Virus record (IMG/VR): IMGVR_UViG_3300031414_000001
Location: 240,437 to 304,436 of that record
Length of the DNA stretch: 64,000 bases
Origin: a virus
Lineage: Duplodnaviria > Heunggongvirae > Uroviricota > Caudoviricetes
Reading direction: 5' to 3' (one strand)
Shown: in pieces, positions 29,510 through 38,711 of the stretch
How positions within the stretch are numbered: the first letter of the stretch is position 1
How the letters are laid out: every line of letters begins with the position of its first letter
The notes under the pieces: model-generated
Database searches by the model: none
Told to the model about the DNA's origin: nothing
What the model saw: only the letters and a program-made list of their open reading frames with translations
Position numbers and translations under genes: made by a program

Positions 29510-29539
29510 ATTATAATCATATTTAGGGGATTCTGTCAA
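29510..29539 (-). promoter_or_regulatory. strong sigma70 promoter (TTGACA-N17-TTATAAT)
   Basis: Reverse complement reads cgTTGACAgaatcccctaaatatgaTTATAATaaactatag. Confidence 0.6.
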
Positions 29540-29778
29540 CGCCTAGCGATGAAATTGTTATATTGCTCATGAGTCATTAGGTTAAGTTTGCCATTGTCAA
29601 TCACAATACGTTCATTGCGTGATACTTCTATCACACTGAACAATCCACAATTCAGCTTTCGCGGTCTGATATTACCGCCATTAAATTCTCTCACAACACG
29701 AATAGCCTTGTCAAGTACTTTAGTCTGAGCTTTAAAATGTATTCGTAATTGTGTATCATCTACCATTATCTTTTTCAT
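29536..29778 (-). CDS. hypothetical protein (80 aa; start at MKKIMVDD)
   Basis: The internal Met follows the CAGGGGG/CCCCCUG terminator hairpin and an RBS. Confidence 0.4.
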   Translation of the reverse strand: MKKIMVDDTQLRIHFKAQTKVLDKAIRVVREFNGGNIRPRKLNCGLFSVIEVSRNERIVIDNGKLNLMTHEQYNNFIARR

Positions 29779-29828
29779 TGATACACCCCAGGAATAAACA
29801 GGGGGCATATAACCCCCTGTATCGCATT

Positions 29829-30179
29829 TTAAGAGACTTTAGCGAGATGGTTAGCCAACCGTACCGCCGTCATATTGCGACGCCATGAAACACGTACAGG
29901 CTTGTTATTTGGCGTTTTCAGTACTTGCTCGCCGATGATACCTGGCCGCTGACTTGTGATCACTTCGGCATCCTGTAGTACCTTCCATTGATCGTGGAGG
30001 TTCTGCGTTTCCTGATAAGCAGGAGAAAGAAGTGTTGCTTCGTCTGGTACTTCCACCAGCACCGCCCAACGCTCACCAGTTGCGGCATCTTTGCCAAAGT
30101 CTTTGAGCTTACCGTTCAGTACTTCAACGTTAGCACGAGCGAGAGTTCTGGTAGCGAAGTAGTGAGTCTGAATAGTCAT
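29829..30179 (-). CDS. hypothetical protein (116 aa; start at MTIQTHYF with AAGAGGAAAGAAAC RBS)
   Basis: The N-terminal 28 codons of the track ORF are leader. Confidence 0.45.
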   Translation of the reverse strand: MTIQTHYFATRTLARANVEVLNGKLKDFGKDAATGERWAVLVEVPDEATLLSPAYQETQNLHDQWKVLQDAEVITSQRPGIIGEQVLKTPNNKPVRVSWRRNMTAVRLANHLAKVS

Positions 30180-30273
30180 GTTTCTTTCCTCTTTGTGGTT
30201 TACAGGGAAATTTGTTTCCCGTCTGGATGTAAGTACTATAACAGTACTGACTGAGTAACGCAAGTATTATTTT

Positions 30274-30672
30274 TTACTTTACAAAAGCTTTGCCAGTTTG
30301 ATAAATGTCAATAGCTTTCTTTGCCATTTCGTGCCGTTCAACGTTCAAGCCTACAGCTTGCCACAATGCCTGGTACTGTCCGTTATTATTCGCAAGGAAC
30401 ATTACCATATCATTAATGGTCTTTAGCTTGTACTCGCGAGGATGTTCTTTATTATAACGTTCCTTCGCTCGATTGTACAGCCTTTTCATCTTGGGATCTT
30501 TAATAACCCCAAAACCAGAAGTCTTGCCACGGTTGATCATTTCGTTATAATAATCATCCTCTGTGCGGTACTTCCTACGAGCACCGCCACCAGCCGTATT
30601 ACGTGCGATCTCGTCAAGGGCAGTCGCTATGCCTTTCGGCAACCCATAAACATTTTGACCCATTACTTGCAC
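30274..30672 (-). CDS. hypothetical basic protein (132 aa)
   Basis: Intact ORF. Confidence 0.45.
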   Translation of the reverse strand: MQVMGQNVYGLPKGIATALDEIARNTAGGGARRKYRTEDDYYNEMINRGKTSGFGVIKDPKMKRLYNRAKERYNKEHPREYKLKTINDMVMFLANNNGQYQALWQAVGLNVERHEMAKKAIDIYQTGKAFVK

Positions 30673-31025
30673 CTTACAATGATCATGCCACCGCTGGCTT
30701 TTTCATCATCCATAAAGATTTTATAACCAGACAAATAATCGTCAATGTCCAGCACTCGCCGCCCTTCAATTGTATCACCATAACGAGATGATTTCAATAC
30801 TGATTTCGACACTTTAAACGAGCCGTTGTATTCATCACGGCTGTTACGTTCAAAATCATTGAATGAACATTCCAGGTTATCAGCCTTGTCAGTACTGTTA
30901 GTACTAACACCGTTTACAGTTACGTTAATAACTGGAGCAGACTTGACAGATTCAACATATCGACCTACATTCAGACCAACAGCGAAAGTAGTAGCAGCAA
31001 TGGCGATAACAGCGATTCTTTTCAT
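30663..31025 (-). CDS. secreted/periplasmic protein with N-terminal signal peptide (120 aa)
   Basis: Start at MKRIAVIAIAATTFAVGLNVG with ACGGAGAA RBS. The track ORF's MLIECEYFIM prefix is a repeated leader, not protein. Confidence 0.5.
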   Translation of the reverse strand: MKRIAVIAIAATTFAVGLNVGRYVESVKSAPVINVTVNGVSTNSTDKADNLECSFNDFERNSRDEYNGSFKVSKSVLKSSRYGDTIEGRRVLDIDDYLSGYKIFMDDEKASGGMIIVRCK

Positions 31026-31216
31026 TTTGATTCTCCGTTCAGTTGATGTAATCATTATAAAGTACTCGCATTCAATAAGCAAGTACTTTTGATAATGTTT
31101 ACTCGCAAGTGTAGCTATTGCCAGATTGACCCATTATCACCGTACAGTTATTATTTGAATACGTGACAGTACAACCACGTAAAGCAAAGAATACTACGGC
31201 GGCGATAAGTATAAAC

Positions 31217-31417
31217 TTAAGCATTGGCTAACTCCTGGTTATATGTTACCATCCACGCTTTTTCGTGGGCTTTAAACATCTTAGCAAGATCAAGATCCAT
31301 CTTGCGGAAATCGTGGTTATGTTCCCACTGTCTAGCACCTTTCAAGTACTTAGCACGGCTTTCACGGCTTTCACGTGCTGCCATAAGTGGGAAAGGAATT
31401 GCTGGCCCGATGAACAT
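31217..31417 (-). CDS. hypothetical protein (66 aa; start at MFIGPAIPF, ACGGAGGG RBS)
   Basis: The internal Met has a near-perfect SD; upstream codons are conserved leader. Confidence 0.4.
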   Translation of the reverse strand: MFIGPAIPFPLMAARESRESRAKYLKGARQWEHNHDFRKMDLDLAKMFKAHEKAWMVTYNQELANA

Positions 31418-31559
31418 ATTGCTACCCTCCGTGCGATTCACCATGAACCGCTTCGATGTAATAATAGTACTACACACCAATAACGAAAGCAAGTACTATT
31501 TTATAAAATGCAAAAGAAAAAGCCCCAATTAAGGGGCTTGATTTATTCAGTACTTTGTG

Positions 31560-32429
31560 TTACTTCTGGCCTGGCAGAGAAACACCAGTCAGGGAACTGT
31601 TAGGCACAACAGTAGTAGGGCTAATACCGTTCCACGTGGTGGCGTAGGTATACGCTACGAGAGTATCACCAGCCTGTTTCAACGCTTCGCCTTTGGCACG
31701 GATTGCCGATGCTTCTGCGTCGCCTTTCGCCTTGATACCGTTCGCCTCTGCTACCAACTGAGCATACTTAGAATCGGCATCAGCTTTCGCATTAGTCAAC
31801 TGGATCTGAGAAGTAATTTTAGCTTTTTCCCATTCCTGCTGTGACTGTTCCACGGCTACCTGTGCCGTCATACGAGTTTCAACCGCTTTATCATAAGCTG
31901 GCGAGAAAGACAAGCCCTCGATCTGGATGCTGGAGATCGTTACAGGTTCGTTCTTCATTGCCTCTTTTACGGCCTTGTTAACATCAGCCACCAGCCGTGT
32001 GCGATCCTGTACAGCACTGATCGCTGTATACTGTCCGAACACGTTTTCCAGGGCTTGCGGAATCTGGCGATCAATAACACGTGCGATCATCGCTTCAACA
32101 GTGTTATACTTCTTATACAGATCCTCGACCTGGCCAGGCGTCACGTTGAACGACACGGAAACCGCCATATCTGCTGGCTGCTGATCGCGACTGTACGCCT
32201 GGAGTTTATCCCAACGGCGTGACTCGCCCGTTACGGAAATATCCTTAGTACTGGTAACGAATGGCATAACCAGATGGAAACCAGGCTGAGCCACTTCTAC
32301 GAATTTACCGTTTCGCAGTACTACAGTACGCTCTGTTTCTTGCGTGGTGAATGACGACGCGATAGCCGACACCAGGATCACCAACGCACCAAAACCAACC
32401 AGACCCCAGGAGAAATATTTCTTTGACAT
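31560..32429 (-). CDS. SPFH/band-7 (HflK/C-prohibitin-like) membrane protein
   Basis: N-terminal TM (LVGFGALVILVSAIASSF). SPFH-type core (VAQPGFHLVMPFV...QIPQALENVFGQYTAISAVQDR...) and a C-terminal coiled-coil-like A/E/K-rich region. Confidence 0.7.
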   Translation of the reverse strand: MSKKYFSWGLVGFGALVILVSAIASSFTTQETERTVVLRNGKFVEVAQPGFHLVMPFVTSTKDISVTGESRRWDKLQAYSRDQQPADMAVSVSFNVTPGQVEDLYKKYNTVEAMIARVIDRQIPQALENVFGQYTAISAVQDRTRLVADVNKAVKEAMKNEPVTISSIQIEGLSFSPAYDKAVETRMTAQVAVEQSQQEWEKAKITSQIQLTNAKADADSKYAQLVAEANGIKAKGDAEASAIRAKGEALKQAGDTLVAYTYATTWNGISPTTVVPNSSLTGVSLPGQK

Positions 32430-32438
32430 AGTGTTACC

Positions 32439-32633
32439 TCATGTTAATTTACCGGATGAATTATACAGGAAAGATGGAATATCTTTCTTGCTTAAATCTA
32501 CTACGAACGATGGATCTACTTCCTTACAATGTTCAATTACTCTTTCCATTGTCAACTTCGGTGCATCAGGACGTTCACGCTTACGCTCGTCAAGATACAA
32601 AGCATGTACTGGATTGATTGGCTGAATTCTCAT
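32439..32633 (-). CDS. hypothetical small protein (64 aa)
   Basis: Intact ORF. Confidence 0.4.
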   Translation of the reverse strand: MRIQPINPVHALYLDERKRERPDAPKLTMERVIEHCKEVDPSFVVDLSKKDIPSFLYNSSGKLT

Positions 32634-32855
32634 TTAAAAGTACTCCCTCGTTTCGATACAATAATAGTACTACACACCGAGCCATCACGCAAGGAATTTA
32701 TTCAAAAACTTTTCCTTGACAACGCCGCTCTGTTCCCCTATAATTACTACATAGACGCGAGAAAGCGGAAACCCCAGGGGGTGGCAAAATGTATCTATAG
32801 GTTAGAAAGCTGTATATAAAAACAGTACTGGATATTTCACCAGTACTTTATGTTT

Positions 32856-33155
32856 TTAGCTGAAAATGTAACGTGATCCGCCGAAGTAATCAACGTTGAC
32901 CATAACAGCTTTATCTGTTACAATCGTGTGTTGCGTAGTCCAGCCAATCAGGTTAGTACCATCGAATAAGGCCATATGACCATAACCATATTCGACCAGT
33001 GCTGTAAAGTCGCCTTTTTCTTCAACGACACGCCAGGCATAGGGGGAACCGTCTTTCAGCCACAACGCACAATCTGAATAATCAGGACTGAGCTTATGCT
33101 CTTTGTCAGAAAGTACTTTTGCGACTTCTGCCATCAGTACTGCTAACTTATCCAT
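32856..33155 (-). CDS. hypothetical protein (99 aa; start at MDKLAVLM, GAGAGGATAGACAA RBS)
   Basis: The track ORF's MLIECEYFIM prefix duplicates the 31050-31100 leader sequence. Confidence 0.45.
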   Translation of the reverse strand: MDKLAVLMAEVAKVLSDKEHKLSPDYSDCALWLKDGSPYAWRVVEEKGDFTALVEYGYGHMALFDGTNLIGWTTQHTIVTDKAVMVNVDYFGGSRYIFS

Positions 33156-33233
33156 TTGTCTATCCTCTCGCTTAATGTGTAACTTCATTATAAAGTACTC
33201 GCATTCAATAAGCAAGTACTTTTGATAATGATT

Positions 33234-33422
33234 TTACGCCGTGCGGATCACTGTGATATTAGTATCAATATCAATTGATGTTCCCACTTCCAGATCGATG
33301 ATAGCACACAATTCATCGTTGGTCAAATCTGGTACAGTACTGATAACATCCAGGAGATTTAACCGATGATCAGTGTTATCATCGTTGCCGATAGTGTATT
33401 CACGTTTGACCATCTGGATCAT
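33234..33422 (-). CDS. hypothetical small protein (62 aa)
   Basis: Intact ORF. Confidence 0.35.
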   Translation of the reverse strand: MIQMVKREYTIGNDDNTDHRLNLLDVISTVPDLTNDELCAIIDLEVGTSIDIDTNITVIRTA

Positions 33423-33628
33423 GCCGGAACCTCTTGCGTCGATTCTTCCCAGGAAGATTTAACCATCGGCGTTTGCCCGCTTTTTTTCCAACGGGCAATC
33501 TCTTGCTCCGCGTCGTGGCGTGTATCATGTGCTGATACATACGTACCGCAAAAACGAATTACGAATTGCTTTTTCGGTGCACCAGTAAACTCACCTGCTA
33601 CGTTGTAACGACGATCTTTTTGAGCCAT
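33419..33628 (-). CDS. hypothetical small protein (69 aa)
   Basis: Intact ORF with 4-nt overlap. Confidence 0.4.
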   Translation of the reverse strand: MAQKDRRYNVAGEFTGAPKKQFVIRFCGTYVSAHDTRHDAEQEIARWKKSGQTPMVKSSWEESTQEVPA

Positions 33629-33715
33629 GATAACTTCCTCTTAATTAATGGTTATTGCGTTTCAGTAAGTTCATTATATAGTACTCGCAGAAGAAAGCAA
33701 GTACTATTAATGGAT

Positions 33716-33952
33716 TTACAAAGAAATAACTTTGTGATACTCGCCATGCGTCAAATCAGACACATATACTTCATTGCTGTTATTCAGCTTTTCAGTACTG
33801 GTGATCACGTTGCCGTGATACGTTTCATTCGCCCAGGTTTGGATCTGCTGGCTGACTTCTTCCAGATTGTCAGATCCTGCCAGTACTAACAGTTTATCAG
33901 ATCCAGCAATCGCCGTGCCAGTACTGCTTACAATGACTTCGAATTGTGGCAT
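33716..33952 (-). CDS. hypothetical small protein (78 aa)
   Basis: Intact ORF. Confidence 0.4.
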   Translation of the reverse strand: MPQFEVIVSSTGTAIAGSDKLLVLAGSDNLEEVSQQIQTWANETYHGNVITSTEKLNNSNEVYVSDLTHGEYHKVISL

Positions 33953-34224
33953 GATATATCCTCTTAATTAAATTCAACAGACAACATTATAACAATAAAG
34001 ATAAACAAAAGAAACTCTACTTTACGACTCATTTCTTTACCCTCGTTTGCCCTTCCATGTAATACATATTACCAGATTCAAAAACAAAAGCAAGTACTTT
34101 TTATGATTTAATTTATAACTTTTTTTGAACGGATCTTGCCACCCTATAGGGTTAGTCAGTTTCGCCTGATTGATAACAGTATAGCAAAAAGGGATTGAAC
34201 TTGTCAACCCCTAATTTTAGTACT

Positions 34225-34530
34225 TTACAAATCACGCACCGCTGTAGTATGCGTAATGTATGGGGCAGAACCGCCGATCAATTCTACCTTTGCCATCAGG
34301 GATATATGATCCCCTGCTGTTGGTAATGCTAACGCTTCCTGTACTGTGATCACTTCACCGAAAGAGTACTGATATTGTACAAAGGCTAACCAGGTATTAA
34401 AGATCTCGCCCGGTTTCCATCCGTGCTGTACTAAGCACACATTATCAATTACAATCGGTTTACCTGTATGATCTCTCGTAGTACAGGTATAAGTAAATGC
34501 TTTCGCGAAGTTATCAATGTTATCAGACAT
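34225..34530 (-). CDS. hypothetical protein (101 aa)
   Basis: Intact ORF downstream of a conserved leader module. Confidence 0.45.
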   Translation of the reverse strand: MSDNIDNFAKAFTYTCTTRDHTGKPIVIDNVCLVQHGWKPGEIFNTWLAFVQYQYSFGEVITVQEALALPTAGDHISLMAKVELIGGSAPYITHTTAVRDL

Positions 34531-34771
34531 TTTCTAATGTTACCTTAAGAGATTGTGTCATACGATTTCGCATTGCTTTTAGTACCATGCGACACGCTAA
34601 CACTTTGCCTTTATCATCCAGACGTTTAAAGCCTGGCCGTTTCATTGTATGGGATTGTAATTGAGTCCAGTTATCGACCCTTTGCCCCTTGCGATAGATT
34701 ATACAATGAATCTTGTCAGAAGTACAAGTAAAAATTACAACTAATCTTTTAGTACTATAGAATAGATCCAT
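34523..34771 (-). CDS. hypothetical protein (82 aa)
   Basis: Intact ORF. Confidence 0.4.
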   Translation of the reverse strand: MDLFYSTKRLVVIFTCTSDKIHCIIYRKGQRVDNWTQLQSHTMKRPGFKRLDDKGKVLACRMVLKAMRNRMTQSLKVTLENV

Positions 34772-34819
34772 AAAGCCCCTACAACACGTTTTAAGAGGGG
34801 GTATATTGCCCCCTATAGG

Positions 34820-35197
34820 TTACACGTCTACAGTATCATAAACATTACCTGATGCGATCCAGACGCTGAATTTTGGCATCTTATCCCATTCAGCCATAGT
34901 CAGACCGAGATCGTGGAGAACGTTAGTATTTGCCATACCTGGTACATTGTGAGCAGTACTGTACAACTTTCCATTGTACTGATACGCTAAACACATTTTA
35001 TGCTGATTGACAACGCACAACATAGAAGTAATCAGGGTAGTACAGGCGAAACGTTCCCGTACTAATGACAATTCAGTACTGATGCGTTTATTCAATCTGT
35101 CAACTTCTTTATTACATTCAGCTTTTGTTTTCCCCATCATTTCGATATGGGAAAGTGCACCTACAATGTCAGCCTGGATTGTGAAGATCTTATTCAT
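34820..35197 (-). CDS. hypothetical protein (125 aa; start at MNKIFTIQ, AAAGGAGTAAACC RBS)
   Basis: The internal Met has an excellent SD. Confidence 0.45.
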   Translation of the reverse strand: MNKIFTIQADIVGALSHIEMMGKTKAECNKEVDRLNKRISTELSLVRERFACTTLITSMLCVVNQHKMCLAYQYNGKLYSTAHNVPGMANTNVLHDLGLTMAEWDKMPKFSVWIASGNVYDTVDV

Positions 35198-35388
35198 GGG
35201 TTTACTCCTTTCGTTTAGTGTGAATACATAGTAAGTCATTACAGCAGTTAAAGCAAGTACTATTTGAGTTTTAATTTATAATATTTTCTGGATAGATCTC
35301 GCCACCCTATAGGGTTAGTCCATTTCTCTGGAGTGATTACATAGTACTATAAAAGGGATTGAATAGTCAACCCCTCTTTTGTAAAGAT

Positions 35389-35571
35389 TTAAACTTCTTT
35401 CCAGCGTCCATTATAGAACGTATGCGTTTCAATATACATGTTGTTAATGTTGCTGATATATCCTACACTATCAGCAGCCCGCCGTGTAGCAGCATTCTTT
35501 GCCCCACGTTCGGACTTTGCCTGGATAGGGTAAGCCTTACTACCGATCCCGATTGCGTATTGTTTAGCCAT
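35389..35571 (-). CDS. hypothetical small protein (60 aa)
   Basis: Intact ORF. Confidence 0.35.
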   Translation of the reverse strand: MAKQYAIGIGSKAYPIQAKSERGAKNAATRRAADSVGYISNINNMYIETHTFYNGRWKEV

Positions 35572-35749
35572 GCTTCACCGCCTTGATTGCGTTAACCGCA
35601 ATAATTCCTTTACATTCGCGAGGCAAACGGCATTCACATAACCAACGGGAAATACCGCCAACATAACGAGCCGTAGGGCATTTGTTCGCGTTCTCCTGAG
35701 TGAACAAAGGCCATTCAACATTACCCCAGGTAGGTCTAACAGTTTTCAT
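35564..35749 (-). CDS. hypothetical small Cys-rich protein (61 aa)
   Basis: Intact ORF; CxxxxxxxxxC..CxC pattern. Confidence 0.35.
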   Translation of the reverse strand: MKTVRPTWGNVEWPLFTQENANKCPTARYVGGISRWLCECRLPRECKGIIAVNAIKAVKHG

Positions 35750-35826
35750 TTTTAAAACCTCGTTTGCTTAAGTGATAACTCATTGTAAAGTACTTGCCAG
35801 GATTAAGCAAGTACTTTCGAAATGAA

Positions 35827-36213
35827 TTATAGATCTTTTTTGCGTTTTACGTCTGCCAGGTTTTCAGATACTGGAATATCATGTTCACGACAAAAACGGG
35901 ATAACGTGCCACAATCAGGAACTGGATAAGTACAGGCAGCATCGAACAACGCCAGGGCAGTTTGATCGAAACAACGCTCATAGCCATATTGGAATGTATC
36001 TTGTGCCAGGTCGATCCACACTGTACCATCTTCTAACGGGCGATTGTACACGTTCGCTACAAGCTCGTTAGCACGTTCTACAGGCACCAGGACGCTAACA
36101 TATACAGAATGATATGTGTTACCATCACCACGGTTAAACCAGCGTTTCGCGGTCATAGTGACGGCGTGAACATCGGCCAGGTTAACAGTACTGAAAATAG
36201 TTCTATTGGTCAT
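35827..36213 (-). CDS. hypothetical protein (128 aa)
   Basis: Intact ORF. Confidence 0.45.
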   Translation of the reverse strand: MTNRTIFSTVNLADVHAVTMTAKRWFNRGDGNTYHSVYVSVLVPVERANELVANVYNRPLEDGTVWIDLAQDTFQYGYERCFDQTALALFDAACTYPVPDCGTLSRFCREHDIPVSENLADVKRKKDL

Positions 36214-36220
36214 AATAATC

Positions 36221-36391
36221 TCACTTAATGTTATTGGCTGCTACAAAGTCAGGGTGTTTAGATTCAAACCACTGCATGACTTCTATTCTATCAGTACCTA
36301 CACCGAAGTGCAAGAACTCTTTTTCGATTTCATCATCATTGTTAACGGGAACCAATGAGAACAATTCCCACAACTTCAATAACTCCGCCAT
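36221..36391 (-). CDS. hypothetical small protein (56 aa, below ORF-track cutoff)
   Basis: Reverse complement reads GGAGTAAACAGC-ATG MAELLKLWELFSLVPVNNDDEIEKEFLHFGVGTDRIEVMQWFESKHPDFVAANNIK. Confidence 0.4.
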   Translation of the reverse strand: MAELLKLWELFSLVPVNNDDEIEKEFLHFGVGTDRIEVMQWFESKHPDFVAANNIK

Positions 36392-36486
36392 GCTGTTTAC
36401 TCCTGAGTGATTACCCTATACCGCTTATTATACAGATTACTCATTTACGATCAAGTACTATCTCGTTTTAATTTACTTTATTTTAA

Positions 36487-36512
36487 AACAAAAAATGCCC
36501 CTCGATCTAGGG
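36487..36512. terminator. bidirectional-looking hairpin terminator (GCCCCUcgaucuAGGGGC)
   Basis: 6-bp GC stem flanked by an A-run upstream and an AT-run downstream. Confidence 0.45.
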
Positions 36513-37072
36513 GCATTAATTGGTGAATAAGGTTTCCTTTCAGAACGTCTATAATGGCACTAATGCGATTATAGAACTTCACACCTACGCGGCAATTTAA
36601 TATAAGTAGTTTGTTTATAAAATTGAGTACCGGATAATCTTTCAGTACTAACCACAATCACCCTGTAGATGTGCTTTCGCTTTGTGGTTCCTGGTATAGA
36701 CTTACCTTGTGTGCTATACGTCTTAGGGTTCTACGTACTGCCACCAGGATATCAGCCTGATGGTTCAAATCTTAACTCCTTTGGCGGCTCGCCGTGTCGT
36801 TTCGATGTAGCTATATTATCATAACCAGCGAACCGATCAAGCGATTTAATTACTTTTTTTCGATTCTTTTTCCTTGCTTTTCTTTTTCAGTACTGGCATA
36901 ATATCTACATACCAGCGAAATGGGAGACTCTAGAGAGTGGCAAGTTGCGTCTAAAATTTATATAAAAAGCAATGGACGGATCTTGCCACCCTTTTGGGTT
37001 AGACCATTTCGCTGGATTGATAGTACTTTAACATAAGGGGCTAACCGAAGTCAACCCCTGTTTTGTAAAGAT

Positions 37073-37414
37073 TTACATTGCTTCGATGACTAATTTTAAT
37101 TCATATGAACTAAAATGTTTCTTGAATAATTGTTCAGCCTGGGCTTTACTTTCGGCGTCAATTATGATTGAGTCTTCACCGCGATCCGTGCCGTAGGTTA
37201 TCGCGAACCCACGACGCACGATTTCTTTTGTTGGCAGGTGAATAGTACCGTTACGCAACAATTGCCCTTCTGGATCATTTGCGATTGCCTGGAGATCTAC
37301 TTCAACGTAAAGTTCATCGTTGAACAATTCCACAATCGGATCAATGTTCCCTCTTTTGTGTGCGATTTGTTCCAGTTGGAAAAGTACGCCTTTCAGTTCG
37401 CTTAATCTCATCAT
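37073..37414 (-). CDS. hypothetical protein (113 aa)
   Basis: Intact ORF. Confidence 0.45.
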   Translation of the reverse strand: MMRLSELKGVLFQLEQIAHKRGNIDPIVELFNDELYVEVDLQAIANDPEGQLLRNGTIHLPTKEIVRRGFAITYGTDRGEDSIIIDAESKAQAEQLFKKHFSSYELKLVIEAM

Positions 37415-37493
37415 TTTCGTTTTGCTCCGTTGGTTGGTGTGATTACATAGTACTATAAAGGGCTTGAAACAGTCAAGCCCTAAATTGTAAAGA

Positions 37494-38156
37494 TTATAAC
37501 TTTTCTAACGCTTCCTGAATCCGTTCCTGTAAGTTAGTCGTGACAATGTTTTCCAGTGTCAGATCGTCCGGGTAGTTAATATCTGAGTTTTCCAGTACTT
37601 CCCCCAGGGTTGGATCTTCCTGTACAATCAAGGCCGCCAGGTTAGGCCAAATTTGATTATACTCAAAATCCAGAACATCCCAGACGGCTTCCTGTACTGA
37701 ATCACGCCATTTCATTTCTGATAACGCAAGGTTATAGTAATGTTCATACATGGTAACAGTGATCGGCGTTTCCATCTTCTGGCGGTAGTACTGAATCAGA
37801 CGATCCACCAGCTTGATCCGGTTCGCACCGTGGATCGTGTCGTCGTCGTACAAGTTACGCTGAGCAGTGTACGCAATACGCATATGATCGCGATTGTCGT
37901 TACTCATACCCTCCACCGGATAGGCATTATCTAAGCCCATTTCTTCAAAGGCATCACACAAAAATTCCCAACCGATCCCTGTTATGTTGTGGTCCGGCGT
38001 TTTGGCGTATACATGCCAGCAAATGCCGAAAGAAGTAGTAAGGTTAAACGGCTTACCTTTAACATTAGTGTAAGTCTCGCCACGGTCTAAACAATCTTTC
38101 ATTTGTTCCAGTACTTCCAGAACCATTCTATATTGCTCTAACTTAAATAAGTTCAT
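37494..38156 (-). CDS. hypothetical protein (220 aa)
   Basis: Long intact ORF. Confidence 0.5.
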   Translation of the reverse strand: MNLFKLEQYRMVLEVLEQMKDCLDRGETYTNVKGKPFNLTTSFGICWHVYAKTPDHNITGIGWEFLCDAFEEMGLDNAYPVEGMSNDNRDHMRIAYTAQRNLYDDDTIHGANRIKLVDRLIQYYRQKMETPITVTMYEHYYNLALSEMKWRDSVQEAVWDVLDFEYNQIWPNLAALIVQEDPTLGEVLENSDINYPDDLTLENIVTTNLQERIQEALEKL

Positions 38157-38296
38157 TTTGTTTTCCTCTCGTTTCGATAAGTTCTATTATCCATATTCGA
38201 ACGAACTATGCAAGTACTAATTTACTTTTTTGATGCAAAAATAAAACCCCTTCTAAAACGCTCTGTAACGAGTTCTAAGGGGTTTTATATGTTAGC

Positions 38297-38566
38297 TTAT
38301 GCCTTTAATGATTCTGCGTTAAAAGCCCCGCTAATGGGCTTACATTGAAGATTTACGGCATAGTTTACTTTCTTGTGGATGATATACATACACGAATCAA
38401 ATTGATGATTGTAAGGCATATCATAGATCCGACGCTGTACCAGTACGCCACCAACTACAAAGGCAAGATAGCCGCTAAACTCCGCTGTATATCGCCCCGT
38501 CTGCGTCATTGTCTTTGCGATCCTGGTACGTGGATCAATCAGGTCTGAAATAGGTTTCAATTCCAT
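38297..38566 (-). CDS. hypothetical protein (89 aa)
   Basis: Intact ORF. Confidence 0.4.
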   Translation of the reverse strand: MELKPISDLIDPRTRIAKTMTQTGRYTAEFSGYLAFVVGGVLVQRRIYDMPYNHQFDSCMYIIHKKVNYAVNLQCKPISGAFNAESLKA

Positions 38567-38711
38567 AGGCGTTTACTCTCAATTAAAAGGTAGTCTAAAA
38601 CGCTCTAGGATCGATTCTAAGCGTTTCTAACAGTACTGTAACCCGATTGTATATCAGTACTGTTAGAACTGCTTAAGGGGGCATTTAGCCCCCTTATTTT
38701 ACGCCGTGGGA

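Noticed and set aside
30663-33215. Two proteins appearing to share an identical N-terminus MLIECEYFIM (30663..31082 and 32856..33215)
   Set aside because: The shared residues are translation of a duplicated non-coding leader (tcattataaagtactcgcattcaataagcaagtacttttgataatg at 31050-31100 and 33195-33240). The real starts are internal Mets with good RBSs (31025 and 33155).
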